Assembly: GCA_965224245.1 (NCBI GenBank)
Contig: OZ245046.1
Coordinates: 4,800,001 to 4,864,000, forward strand
Reading direction: 5' to 3'
Origin: Candidatus Eiseniibacteriota bacterium
GTDB lineage: Bacteria > Eisenbacteria > RBG-16-71-46 > CAZAMP01
Length of the DNA stretch: 64,000 bases
The translations under genes and the position numbers were made by a program. Positions 30,286 through 39,371 of this stretch are shown piece by piece. The notes under the pieces were generated by a model. It was not told the origin of the DNA. It searched no databases and worked only from the letters and a program-made list of their open reading frames with translations. The first letter of the stretch is position 1. Every line of letters begins with the position of its first letter.

Positions 30286-30944
30286 CCCACGTGGTCGTGT
30301 CCCGCGCACGACGGGCGGCGTGTGCCGGTGCGCTCGCCGCTCTCGTCGCGACGGCGGTCGCCGCGACGACGCAGGCCGCGACGCGGTGGATCCGGGTGGC
30401 CGTCGGCCCCTCGCTTCCGGTATCGGATCTGGCCAACGAGGAGCCGGGACGGTACCTGGGTGGTCAGTCCACCGGCTACACCGCGGAGGTGGGCGTTCGC
30501 GTTCCGCTGGCCGAGGCGTTCTTCGTCAGGCCGTCGCTGTCGTTTCACCGGTTCGGCAAGTGGCACGAGCCCATGCTGGCGGTTCTCGACACCGACGGCG
30601 AGCTGACGTCGCTGGACTGGACGCGGCGGACGTCGATGGGCGGGCTTCGCATCTACTTCGAGTACATCCCACCTCCCGAGAACGGGTTCACCGTCTTCAT
30701 GAACGGCTCGATGGGGCTTCTGTACCTCCGACAGGACGACGACATCGTCTTCCTCGACGGCAGCACCCAGTCGCTGCTCGAGGAGGTGTCCGGCGCCGGC
30801 GCCACCGCCGGCGTCGGCATCCGCGTGAGCGACGCCGAGCTCGCGCTCGCCATGACGTTTCAGCAGCCGGGGTTCGAGTTCGAATCGCCCAACTGGTTCT
30901 CGGTCGACGTGACGCTCGGCTACACGTTTCCCAGCCCGTTCTAG
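30282..30944 (+). CDS. Outer-membrane beta-barrel protein (porin/OmpA-like)
   Basis: Signal peptide, amphipathic strands, C-terminal VDVTLGYTF; ATGA overlap with the upstream gene. Confidence 0.7.
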   Translation: MTHVVVSRARRAACAGALAALVATAVAATTQAATRWIRVAVGPSLPVSDLANEEPGRYLGGQSTGYTAEVGVRVPLAEAFFVRPSLSFHRFGKWHEPMLAVLDTDGELTSLDWTRRTSMGGLRIYFEYIPPPENGFTVFMNGSMGLLYLRQDDDIVFLDGSTQSLLEEVSGAGATAGVGIRVSDAELALAMTFQQPGFEFESPNWFSVDVTLGYTFPSPF

Positions 30945-31645
30945 ATTCGCGGCCCCCGCTGGATGGAGCCGTCGGGCTCTGGGCCGGCGAGCTCGCACCA
31001 CCGGGCCAGGATCCGCCACACGCCGATCATGTCGTCGGCCATCGCATCCGGCCCGGTCGTGGCGAGCTCGGCCCGCGTGGAGAGCCCACTCGCGACCGCG
31101 ATCGAGCGGCACCCGGCCGCGCGGGCGCTGGCGACGTCGGTGACCGCGTCGCCCACGAGGACCGCATCCCCGGCCGGGGTGTCGAGGCGACGACACGCTT
31201 CGAGCACCGGCTCGGGGCCGGGCTTCAGGTAGGGGGTCGTGTCTCCCCCGACGATCACCTCGAAGGGCGCGTCGAGATCGAAGGCCGACAGGATCTGCCG
31301 GCAGAAGCGCTCCGGCTTGTTCGAGACGACGCCGAGCCGCCGGCCGGCGAGCGCGTCGATCAGCGGGCGCACGCCGTCGTAGACGGTGGAGTGGTCCAGG
31401 CAGTGCTCCCGATAGTGGGCACGAAAGCGGGCGACCGCGTCGGCCTCTCGACCGACCCACGCCGGCCCGAGCGCGCGCTCGAGGAGCACGTCGAGCCCGT
31501 GGCCGATGAAGCCGGCGACGACGTCGTCGTCGAGTACCGGGAGTCCCAGCTGTCGGCGCACCTCGTTGGCCGACCGGGCGATGTCGAGTCGCGTCTCGAC
31601 GAGCGTCATGTCGAGGTCGAACAGGATCGCGTGTGGACCGCGCAT
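30941..31645 (-). CDS. HAD-IA hydrolase, phosphoglycolate phosphatase-like
   Basis: FDLDMTL, VVSNK, KPGPEP, VGDAVTD. Confidence 0.88.
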   Translation of the reverse strand: MRGPHAILFDLDMTLVETRLDIARSANEVRRQLGLPVLDDDVVAGFIGHGLDVLLERALGPAWVGREADAVARFRAHYREHCLDHSTVYDGVRPLIDALAGRRLGVVSNKPERFCRQILSAFDLDAPFEVIVGGDTTPYLKPGPEPVLEACRRLDTPAGDAVLVGDAVTDVASARAAGCRSIAVASGLSTRAELATTGPDAMADDMIGVWRILARWCELAGPEPDGSIQRGPRI

Positions 31646-31794
31646 CGGCGATCGTCCTTGCTATGATGCGTGATCGGGTTCGGTGACGACGAGCGATCGG
31701 GCTCGTCGCCGGGAAAGAGGATCCTACGGGAAGTGGCGGTCGCGTGTCGCCGGTGCAAGCCGCGCCGGCCGACGCTCAACGGCGGAGGCCATGT

Positions 31795-32196
31795 ATGTGG
31801 GGACGCATTCAGATCGTCATGGTCATCGTGGCCATCGTGTTCATCGCGTCGGTGCTGGAGCTGATCCGGCGCCGGCGGATCAAGGAGGAGTACTCGCTAC
31901 TGTGGCTCCTGGCCGGCGTGGTCGTGCTGACGCTGTCGATCTTCCGATCGTTCCTCGAGGACGTCGCCGCGGCGATGGGCATCTATTACGCCCCCTCGGC
32001 CATGTTCCTGGTGGCCGGCCTCCTGGGGATGGCGCTCGGCCTCCACGTCACCGCCGTGATCTCACGCCTCTCGGATCAGAACCGGATCCTCGCCGAGCGG
32101 CTCGCGCTGCTCGAGCACGCGGTGGAGCGCGTGGCCGCCGGCGACGTCCCCTCCGGACGGGAGCCCGGTCGGACCGAGACCCCCGATCGGTCGTGA
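31795..32196 (+). CDS. DUF2304 family membrane protein
   Basis: LELIRRRRIKEEYSLLW, GIYYAPS, ISRLSDQNRILAERLALL. Confidence 0.85.
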   Translation: MWGRIQIVMVIVAIVFIASVLELIRRRRIKEEYSLLWLLAGVVVLTLSIFRSFLEDVAAAMGIYYAPSAMFLVAGLLGMALGLHVTAVISRLSDQNRILAERLALLEHAVERVAAGDVPSGREPGRTETPDRS

Positions 32197-32231
32197 CGCC
32201 GCCCGCGGCCGCGGATCACCGCGCCTCGAGA

Positions 32232-33908
32232 TCATCGCATCAAGCAGAGCTTCTGCGCGGCCACACGCGACGGTGTGGTCAGCCGCACGTAGTAGACACC
32301 CGGTGAGACCGGCATGCCGGCCGCCGATCGGCCGTCCCACTCGATCGCACCGATGCCCGCCTCGCGCACGCCGCTCCACAGCGTCACCACGAGACGACCG
32401 TCCACGCCGTACACGCTCACGTCGGCCGGTCCCGCGTCGCGGAGCGCGAAGCGGAGCGTGGTCGCGCCCTGGAACGGGTTCGGCCGAGCCGGTAGCAGGA
32501 TCGCCGGCGCCCCGGTGAGGTCGAGCATCGGATCCCCCACCGCCACGAGGTCGGCGCGGAAGCACATGTAGACGTTGTCGGCCTTCCCGCCGAAGTCCCA
32601 GCCGGCACCGCCGAGGCGGATCCTGTCGATCGTGGCGGGTGGCGAGAGAGTCGAGAGCTCGCCGATCAGATCGAACGACTCGGGATACCACACGTCCGCA
32701 TCGATCTGCTTCGAGTAGACGATGGTGTTGCCGTCGTTCACGACCGCGCCGTCCGGTGGCGGGCCGGTCTCCTCGTCGATCCAGATGTACCACCCGTGGA
32801 CCCACGTCTTCGCGAATCCGTCGACGTCGGTGTAGCTGATGCGGAGCGTGACGGGATACTCCCACTCGTCCTCGGTCCAGCCGCTGCCGCCGAGGTTGTG
32901 ATGGAGTGCCTTCACGTCGAGCTCGAGCGAGACGTCGGCGGGTCCCGAGACGTCCAGATCCATGTCCTGCTCGATCGTGGTCCAGTCACCCGACACGCCG
33001 CCGTCGAGGCGCTCCCATGCGGTCGACGACGTGCCCGGGAAGGAGGGCCCGTTGTCGAGGTCCTCGTAGATGATCGTGGTCTCGGACGGATTCGTCTCCA
33101 GCTTGGTCCACCGGTTCGGGATCATGTCGTCGGCGTCGGCGTAGAACCCGTCCTCGAAGTGCCCGTTCTCGGTGTTGAGGACGCCGAACATGCGCACGTT
33201 GTCGGCCTTGCCCTCGAAGCTCCAGCCGCTGCCCCCCAGCTCGATGCCGGTGATTCGCTGGGCCGGGGCGAGCGTGCTCAGGGCGGGTCCGAGGTCGATC
33301 GTGCGCTGATACCAGGTGTCCGCCTGGATCTCGGCGCACCAGACGATCCCGCTGCCGTCGGCCACGACCACGCCCTCGGGGGGCGGGCCGGTCGCCTCGT
33401 CGATCCAGATGTACCACCCGAACATGTAGAAGCACGCGGAGCCGGTGTCGTCGAGGTAGTAGACCTTCACGAAGACGGGGAACTCCCACTCGTCCTCGGT
33501 CCAGCCGCTGCCGCCGAGATCGTGCGACATCGCCTTCACGTCGAGCTCGAGCCAGAGCTGCTCGTAGCACCCGACGTCGACGTCGAGGTCCTGGCGGATC
33601 GCCGTCCAGTCACCGGAGACGCCTCCGGCCGTGCGCGTCCACGCGACCGACGTGACGCCCGCCCCGTAGGGGCCGTTGTCGGGATCGGGGGATATGAAGG
33701 AGCCCTCCTCGGGCGCCGTCTCGTGCTTCGTCCATCCCACCGGGATCATGTCGTCGTCGTCGGGCGTGAAGCCGCTCTCGAAGTCGCCGTTCGTGATGTG
33801 ATCGAGTCCGAGCGCGGGAGCGGGTGTCAGTGCCAGCGCCCCGAGCGCGGCGCACCCGATGGAGAGTGCGGCCAGTCTGACCGTGACCGGTTGCGGTGTG
33901 GTAGTCAT
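32232..33908 (-). CDS. Secreted protein with two tandem carbohydrate-binding-like domains and C-terminal FlgD-Ig-like domain
   Basis: Signal peptide; NGDFE/NGHFE repeat starts; tail RPNPF...VYGVDGRLV...WDGR...PGVYY. Confidence 0.85.
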   Translation of the reverse strand: MTTTPQPVTVRLAALSIGCAALGALALTPAPALGLDHITNGDFESGFTPDDDDMIPVGWTKHETAPEEGSFISPDPDNGPYGAGVTSVAWTRTAGGVSGDWTAIRQDLDVDVGCYEQLWLELDVKAMSHDLGGSGWTEDEWEFPVFVKVYYLDDTGSACFYMFGWYIWIDEATGPPPEGVVVADGSGIVWCAEIQADTWYQRTIDLGPALSTLAPAQRITGIELGGSGWSFEGKADNVRMFGVLNTENGHFEDGFYADADDMIPNRWTKLETNPSETTIIYEDLDNGPSFPGTSSTAWERLDGGVSGDWTTIEQDMDLDVSGPADVSLELDVKALHHNLGGSGWTEDEWEYPVTLRISYTDVDGFAKTWVHGWYIWIDEETGPPPDGAVVNDGNTIVYSKQIDADVWYPESFDLIGELSTLSPPATIDRIRLGGAGWDFGGKADNVYMCFRADLVAVGDPMLDLTGAPAILLPARPNPFQGATTLRFALRDAGPADVSVYGVDGRLVVTLWSGVREAGIGAIEWDGRSAAGMPVSPGVYYVRLTTPSRVAAQKLCLMR

Positions 33909-34346
33909 GAGGTCCCTCGCGTCGTGCGGGCCGATGGCCGCGCCGCGTCGTTCGCGCATCGCATGGTGCGCCCGGTCACCCGGCACGCGCCTCCCCCGCA
34001 CGGGGTTGCCGTCTCTTGGGCTCCGTTGTCGCTGGTGGGCTCCTCGTCAGCTTCGTCTCGTCATGAGCCTCCCAACCGGCTCGACGGGACGCGAGCCGTC
34101 CGTTCGGTGAGCAATGTCGGTTGCGTCCGCGTGCGGGCGAGGTTCTTGCACGGCCGAGGATCGGCCGCCGCACCCCGGGACCGCAATGATGCGATCGCAT
34201 CAATTTGCTTGTTCGAACAGCGGGACGGGGTTTTTCGGTGTGCGCGGATTCCGGCGCGAGCGATGGACCGGGAACGTGGCGACGTCTCGAGGGGCGGTTC
34301 GAACGGGGGCGGAGAGCGACGCGGGGCCGCGGGGACCCCGAGCGGG

Positions 34347-35558
34347 CTAGGCCGCGAGCTCGTCGGCCGAGCCGCGCTCCATCGATCGCCGGACGCGCGC
34401 GATGAACTCGTCGCGCGACAGGCCGGGCGTCGGGTACGTGATCATCTCGGTCCAGAACTGATCGGGCTGGATCCGCGCGCCGAGCGTCTCCTCGATGCGA
34501 CGCACGACCGCGCGCGCCGAGCGCGAGCACGCGGGCGCGGCGACCACGGCGAAGTCATCGTCGAGCGCCAGGACGCGGTCGGAGCGGCGCAGCTGCCCCT
34601 TGATGATCTGGGGCCAGCCGGGACCGAGCGTCGTGGCCGCGTCGGGTCGAAGCTGCACGCTGACCACGCTGAGCCCCTGGTTGGGATCGTTCGCGAAGTG
34701 ATCGGCGCCGGGCTCGATGACGAGACGCTGCACCGCGTCGACCGTCATGCGAGGAACCGTGAACCAGAAGATCGTGCCGCCGTCGGGACGTTCGGACAGT
34801 CCGATGTCGCCGCCGTTGCGGTGCGCGATCGCGCGCGAGATGGTCAGGCCCAGACCGACGCCGCGCTGGTTTGCCGTGAGGCCGGCGCGGCCCTGTGTGA
34901 ACGGGCCGAAGATGTAGTCGACCTCGTCCGGATGCACCCCCGGGCCGGAGTCCTCCACCTGGACGCGCACCATCTCGTCGTCGGACACCGAGTCCGCCGC
35001 GATGCGCACGACACCGCCGGGCTCGGTGAACTTCACCGCGTTGTCGGCGAGACACATCAGGATCTGGCGAATGCCGCGCGGCTCGACCAGGATTTCCGGC
35101 AGATCCACCGGGATGTCCCACTGGATCGTGATGTCGCGGGCCTCGGCCTTCTTCTCCAGTACCCGCGACGCGCCCACGGCGATGCTGTACACGTCGGAGC
35201 GCTCGAACTCGAGGTGGAACCCGTTGCCGGCCTGCACGAGCGCGAGGTCGTGCATCACGTCGATGATATTCGTGATCTCGTCCAGTCGATCCATGGCGAG
35301 ACGCTGATACTGGTTGCGGCGTTGACCGGCCGATGGATCGCCGGAGTCGCCGGCCAGCACGATGCACTCGCGCGTCGCGGCGAGCGGTGTCCGCAGCTCG
35401 CGCGCGAGGCGCGACATCAGGTCTCCGGGGCGAAACGACCCGTCCCAGCGCACGGGCTCCCGTCGGCTGTCGGCCAGACGTCGCAGGCGACCTTCGTCAC
35501 CATTGGGTGCGTCGGCCGTCTGCGTAATCGAGAGCTCAGGAGTAGACGGATCCTTCAC
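34347..35558 (-). CDS. Cytoplasmic histidine-kinase-like protein lacking the phosphoacceptor His, with degenerate GGDEF-like tail
   Basis: ARELRTPL H-box, NAVKFT, DSGPG, GVGLGL; start GTG 35558 after GGAGG. Confidence 0.8.
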   Translation of the reverse strand: MKDPSTPELSITQTADAPNGDEGRLRRLADSRREPVRWDGSFRPGDLMSRLARELRTPLAATRECIVLAGDSGDPSAGQRRNQYQRLAMDRLDEITNIIDVMHDLALVQAGNGFHLEFERSDVYSIAVGASRVLEKKAEARDITIQWDIPVDLPEILVEPRGIRQILMCLADNAVKFTEPGGVVRIAADSVSDDEMVRVQVEDSGPGVHPDEVDYIFGPFTQGRAGLTANQRGVGLGLTISRAIAHRNGGDIGLSERPDGGTIFWFTVPRMTVDAVQRLVIEPGADHFANDPNQGLSVVSVQLRPDAATTLGPGWPQIIKGQLRRSDRVLALDDDFAVVAAPACSRSARAVVRRIEETLGARIQPDQFWTEMITYPTPGLSRDEFIARVRRSMERGSADELAA

Positions 35559-35780
35559 GCGGATTCCTCCGTATCGTCCGCTTCCGATCGTGCACCGGCC
35601 GTCGAGCCGGACGCACACCCTTCCCACAACCGACCGCCCGGCCGGTATGCCGTTGGAGCGGGCATTCTTGGTGGGGTTATCGGCCATCGCGCGGGGGTCA
35701 TCACGCGCGATGATGGGACGGGCGCCGAAGCCACTCTTTCGGCTGATACGCACCGTCCGCGGAACGACCGGGCCGCCCCC

Positions 35781-35981
35781 TCAGGTCCTCGTCAGCGGCT
35801 CGTGAACGGTGCGCTCGAGAATGCTGTCGAGCGGACAGAAGTGCGTGAAGGCGGACTGGAACAGGTTGGCGCCGATGAATGTCGTGAACAGGAGCCACCA
35901 CTGACTCACGAATACCGTCAGGGCGACGCTCGCGAGAATCATCAGCCCGACGATCACGCGGAAGACGTCCGACCGTGCCAT
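35781..35981 (-). CDS. DUF2892 (YgaP-like) small membrane protein
   Basis: Two TMs, FIGANLFQSAFTHFCPL; AAGGAG RBS. Confidence 0.88.
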   Translation of the reverse strand: MARSDVFRVIVGLMILASVALTVFVSQWWLLFTTFIGANLFQSAFTHFCPLDSILERTVHEPLTRT

Positions 35982-36044
35982 GTCTGTCTCTCCTTTGATT
36001 GAGTCCATGCTCGAACCGGGTCGGTTGACCGGGTGCCACATCAT

Positions 36045-36060
36045 TGCGATCGTCGTGCCA
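36045..36060 (-). promoter_or_regulatory. Sigma-54 promoter of the DUF2892 gene
   Basis: Minus strand TGGCACGACGATCGCA = GG-N10-GC, 64 nt upstream of the ATG. Confidence 0.7.
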
Positions 36061-36246
36061 GCCCCAGGCGGGAGGATCCGACCCCGGTCGTTTCCAGGGC
36101 CAAGGAATTGCCGGACAACGAATTGAAGCCGCCGACCCCGGTCTCTCACGCTCCGCGGGCCGAGCCTCGGTGTTGCGCTGCAGTTGATGCATCTGCAACA
36201 ATTCGTTGATGCATGCGAAACATGGGCCACGTACGGGGAGCGGCTG

Positions 36247-37650
36247 GTGACACGTGGTGAGACGCTCGAGATCTGCCTGGCCCAGCGGGCCAACATGCAG
36301 GCCATCTTCCACTCGGTCGCCGACGGCCTGATCACGCTGGACGCCGACGGGCGTGTCCTGAACCTCAACCGCGCGTTCGAGGCGCTCGTCGGCATCTCCG
36401 AGGACGAGGCGGCGGGTGCTCCCGTGAACGAGATCGTGCGCGGCTCGCTGTGGTCGGTGGAGCCGATGGTTCGCGAGGTCCTCGCCAGCGGCGAGACGAT
36501 CCGCGAGCGCGAGAACGTGCTCGCGGTCAACGAGGGTCGCGAGGCCCGCGTCGTCATCACGTGCAGTCGCCTGCTGGACGCCGAGGGCCTGCCCGCCGGC
36601 GCCGTGCTGACCCTTCGCGACATCACCGCGCTGCGCGCGCTGGAGTCGAGGCTCGAGGCACGCACGTCCGTCGAGCGCCTGGTCGGATCGAGTCACGCCA
36701 TGCAGGAGATCTACGCGCTCATCGATCAGGTGGCGCCGACCGACTCCACGGTGCTCGTCCAGGGCGAGAGCGGAACCGGCAAGGAGCTCGTGGCCGACGC
36801 GATTCACCAGCGCAGCCGGCGCGCGAGAGGTCCGTTCGTGAAGGTCAACTGCTCGGCGCTCTCGGAGGGGCTTCTGGAGAGTGAGCTGTTCGGCCACGTG
36901 AAGGGTGCGTTCACGGGCGCCTTGAACGAGCGCACGGGACGGTTCGAGCTCGCCGACGGCGGCACGATCCTCCTCGACGAGATCGGGGATCTCTCCGAGA
37001 CCATCCAGGTGAAGCTGCTCCGCGTGCTCCAGGAGCGTGAGATCGAGCGGGTCGGTGACACGCGTGTGCGCCGGATCGACGTGCGCGTGATCACGGCGAC
37101 GCACCAACCGCTCCGCCAGCGCGTGGCCGAGGGACGGTTCCGCGAGGACCTCTTCTATCGCCTGAACGTGATCCCCATCGAGATGCCACCGCTTCGGGCT
37201 CATCTGGAGGACGTGCCGCTGCTCGCACGGCTGTTCCTGACGGAGATGGTCGATGCCGTCGGCAAGCGCATGGAGCAGATCTCGCCCGATGCGATGCGCG
37301 TCCTCATGGATCATCGCTGGCCGGGCAACGTGCGGGAGCTCCGGAACGCGATCGAGCACGCGGTCGTGAAGGCGCGAGGCGATCAGATCCTGGCCGAGGA
37401 CCTCCCGCGCGAGATCGTGGCCGGACCCTCGCCGGCGATGGTGTCCCAGTGGTCGGCGACGGCGACCCCGCAGCACCGCGACGCGTTCATGAAGGTGGCC
37501 AGACCCGACGACGAGGCGGAGCGAGGTCGCATCCTCGCCATCCTCAACGAGACCGGATGGAACCGTGGGGCCGCCGCCGAGCGGCTGGGGATGAACCGGA
37601 CGACGCTGTGGCGGAAGATGCGGCGGCTGGGCATCACCGGGGGGGGATGA
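36247..37650 (+). CDS. PAS-domain sigma-54 transcriptional activator (bEBP)
   Basis: PAS, GESGTGKE, GAFTGA, WPGNVRELRN, HTH; likely GTG start 36247 after GGGGAG. Confidence 0.9.
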   Translation: MTRGETLEICLAQRANMQAIFHSVADGLITLDADGRVLNLNRAFEALVGISEDEAAGAPVNEIVRGSLWSVEPMVREVLASGETIRERENVLAVNEGREARVVITCSRLLDAEGLPAGAVLTLRDITALRALESRLEARTSVERLVGSSHAMQEIYALIDQVAPTDSTVLVQGESGTGKELVADAIHQRSRRARGPFVKVNCSALSEGLLESELFGHVKGAFTGALNERTGRFELADGGTILLDEIGDLSETIQVKLLRVLQEREIERVGDTRVRRIDVRVITATHQPLRQRVAEGRFREDLFYRLNVIPIEMPPLRAHLEDVPLLARLFLTEMVDAVGKRMEQISPDAMRVLMDHRWPGNVRELRNAIEHAVVKARGDQILAEDLPREIVAGPSPAMVSQWSATATPQHRDAFMKVARPDDEAERGRILAILNETGWNRGAAAERLGMNRTTLWRKMRRLGITGGG

Positions 37651-38003
37651 GCGACCCCGCGCAGCCTGCCACGGTCCGGACGGCTCGGTCGGCACGCCGA
37701 GGAGCTCGTCGCGGGAAGGGCCGGATGATGCACGGAATGTTGCACAGCGTTGCCCGCCTCGCAACAATACGTCTCTCCGATGATGCACGTCAAGGGGAGC
37801 GCGCCGGTGGGCGGGCGCCTCGACGGACGCCACATCTCATTTTCTGACAGCGCGTTAGGTAGGCCGCCGCCGGACGTGCGCCTTTGTCACGCTTCGTGCA
37901 TCGGAGAAGGTGTGGTCACGCACGTCGGCCTGCCGCCGCCGGGCACACTCTCAGACGACTCCCATCGCTCCCCGAGCGGTGTGAACGAGACCAGGAGATG
38001 GTC

Positions 38004-38339
38004 ATGTCCGACATCCTCAACATCACCGACGCCCAGTTCCAGGCCGAGGTCCTCGACTCCACGCTCCCCGTCGTCGTCGACTTCTGGGCGCCGTGGTGCG
38101 GTCCGTGCCGGATGATCGCACCGACGCTCGAGAAGCTGGCCGGCGAGTTCGACGGCAAGGTCCGTTTCGTGAAGGTCAACGTGGACGAGAATCAGCAGTA
38201 TGCCGCGCAGTTCGGCGTGCAGGGCATTCCGAACCTCGTCATCTTCCGCGGCGGGGAGAAGGTGCAGCAGATCGTCGGGGCGTTGCCGGAGCCCGCGCTG
38301 CGCGAGCAGATCGAGACCGCGCTGGGTGTGACGGCGTAG
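38004..38339 (+). CDS. trxA: Thioredoxin
   Basis: VVDFWAPWCGPCRMIAP, GIPNL. Confidence 0.95.
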   Translation: MSDILNITDAQFQAEVLDSTLPVVVDFWAPWCGPCRMIAPTLEKLAGEFDGKVRFVKVNVDENQQYAAQFGVQGIPNLVIFRGGEKVQQIVGALPEPALREQIETALGVTA

Positions 38340-38410
38340 GTCCGGGCACGACCGGGGCTTCGCGGGCGGGGGTTTGAGCTACGCGTTTTGCGGGCCAGAG
38401 CCGCACGTCC

Positions 38411-38529
38411 GCGATCCGGAGGGGGGCATGAACCCCTCTGCTCAAACAGTCCTCGGGCGGCCGGCCCCTCGAAGGGCCGGCCTGATTCCCTGCGGAACTC
38501 GCCGGGGTCCATGCCCCCCTCCGGATCGC
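38411..38529. repeat. Hairpin repeat element, copy A
   Basis: Self-complementary ends GCGATCCGGAGGGGGGCATG...CATGCCCCCCTCCGGATCGC; 97-nt core is an inverted copy of 39385-39480. Confidence 0.85.
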
Positions 38530-38854
38530 TGGGTTCGGGGGCGTCGGCTCGCGATGGCGAGACCTCTCCTCGCCGGGTTCGGTGATCGCTCGGTTCGCCT
38601 CGGCGCTCGCGATCCTGGAGTGCCACCTGCCGGGCCTCGACCCCTGCGCACGCCGCGGGCCCATGCAAAGACTGCGCTCCACGAGCAGCCATCACGTCCG
38701 AACTGACGCGGGCCAACGCCATGCTCTGGAATCGTTCCTGGGTCACGGCGCACCGGCCCCGGGACGAGTGACGCGCGACGCACCATCGGGACCGGACGAC
38801 GGTGTGGCCGGTCCGCTCCGAGTTTCACGACGATCGACACCAGGAGGTGTGCGC

Positions 38855-39291
38855 GTGAAACGTCCCTTAGCCGTCGGCGCCGGGGCCGTCCTCGCGTTCG
38901 CGAGCGCGCGTGCCGGATGGCGGCGGCGCGCATCTCATCGATTGCGTGTCGTGGGGAAACTGCGCCCGCCGGTGGGGAGACGAGGTCTTCGTCTTCATGT
39001 CCGTGGTGACCGCGGAGTGCTCGGTCATCGACGAGACCGGGCTCTACGGGTGGGGCGGCGGCACCTTCGACATCCACGACACCGTGGTCTCGGTCGATCC
39101 GCTGCTTTGTGAGCCCGCCCCCTGCGACGCGGCACCGACCCCTCGAGGGCGACTACCACGTCGCCGCATCATACCCGTGTCTCCCACCATCCAGCCCCTG
39201 CGGCCACCCGACCGGTGCTCTGGGCCAGGGATGCGACGCCGTCCCCGTCCACACCACGACCTGTGCCGGGATCAAGCGCCACTATCGCTAG
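38855..39291 (+). pseudogene. Remnant of a secreted beta-helix-type protein with degenerate WG-IK tail
   Basis: AGGAGG RBS plus signal peptide VKRPLAVGAGAVLAFASARA, frame change to ...VDPLLCEPAPC, second frame change to EGDYHVAASYPCLP...GALGQGCDAVPVHTTTCAGIKRHYR-stop. Confidence 0.7.
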
Positions 39292-39371
39292 CCGCCAATC
39301 GAGCGCGTGCGCCCGTGCACGCCGGTCGTCCGGCCCATGCGGTCTTCCATCGACGCGATGCCCCCGAGCTA

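Noticed and set aside
33910-34140. Riboswitch in the leader of the tandem-domain gene (GGCAACC...GTGCC)
   Set aside because: Only fragments resemble SAM-type cores; I could not build the full consensus. An Rfam scan would settle it
36184-36246. ORF-track N-terminus of the PAS activator
   Set aside because: Overlaps the repeat binding sites and lacks an RBS; GTG 36247 fits better
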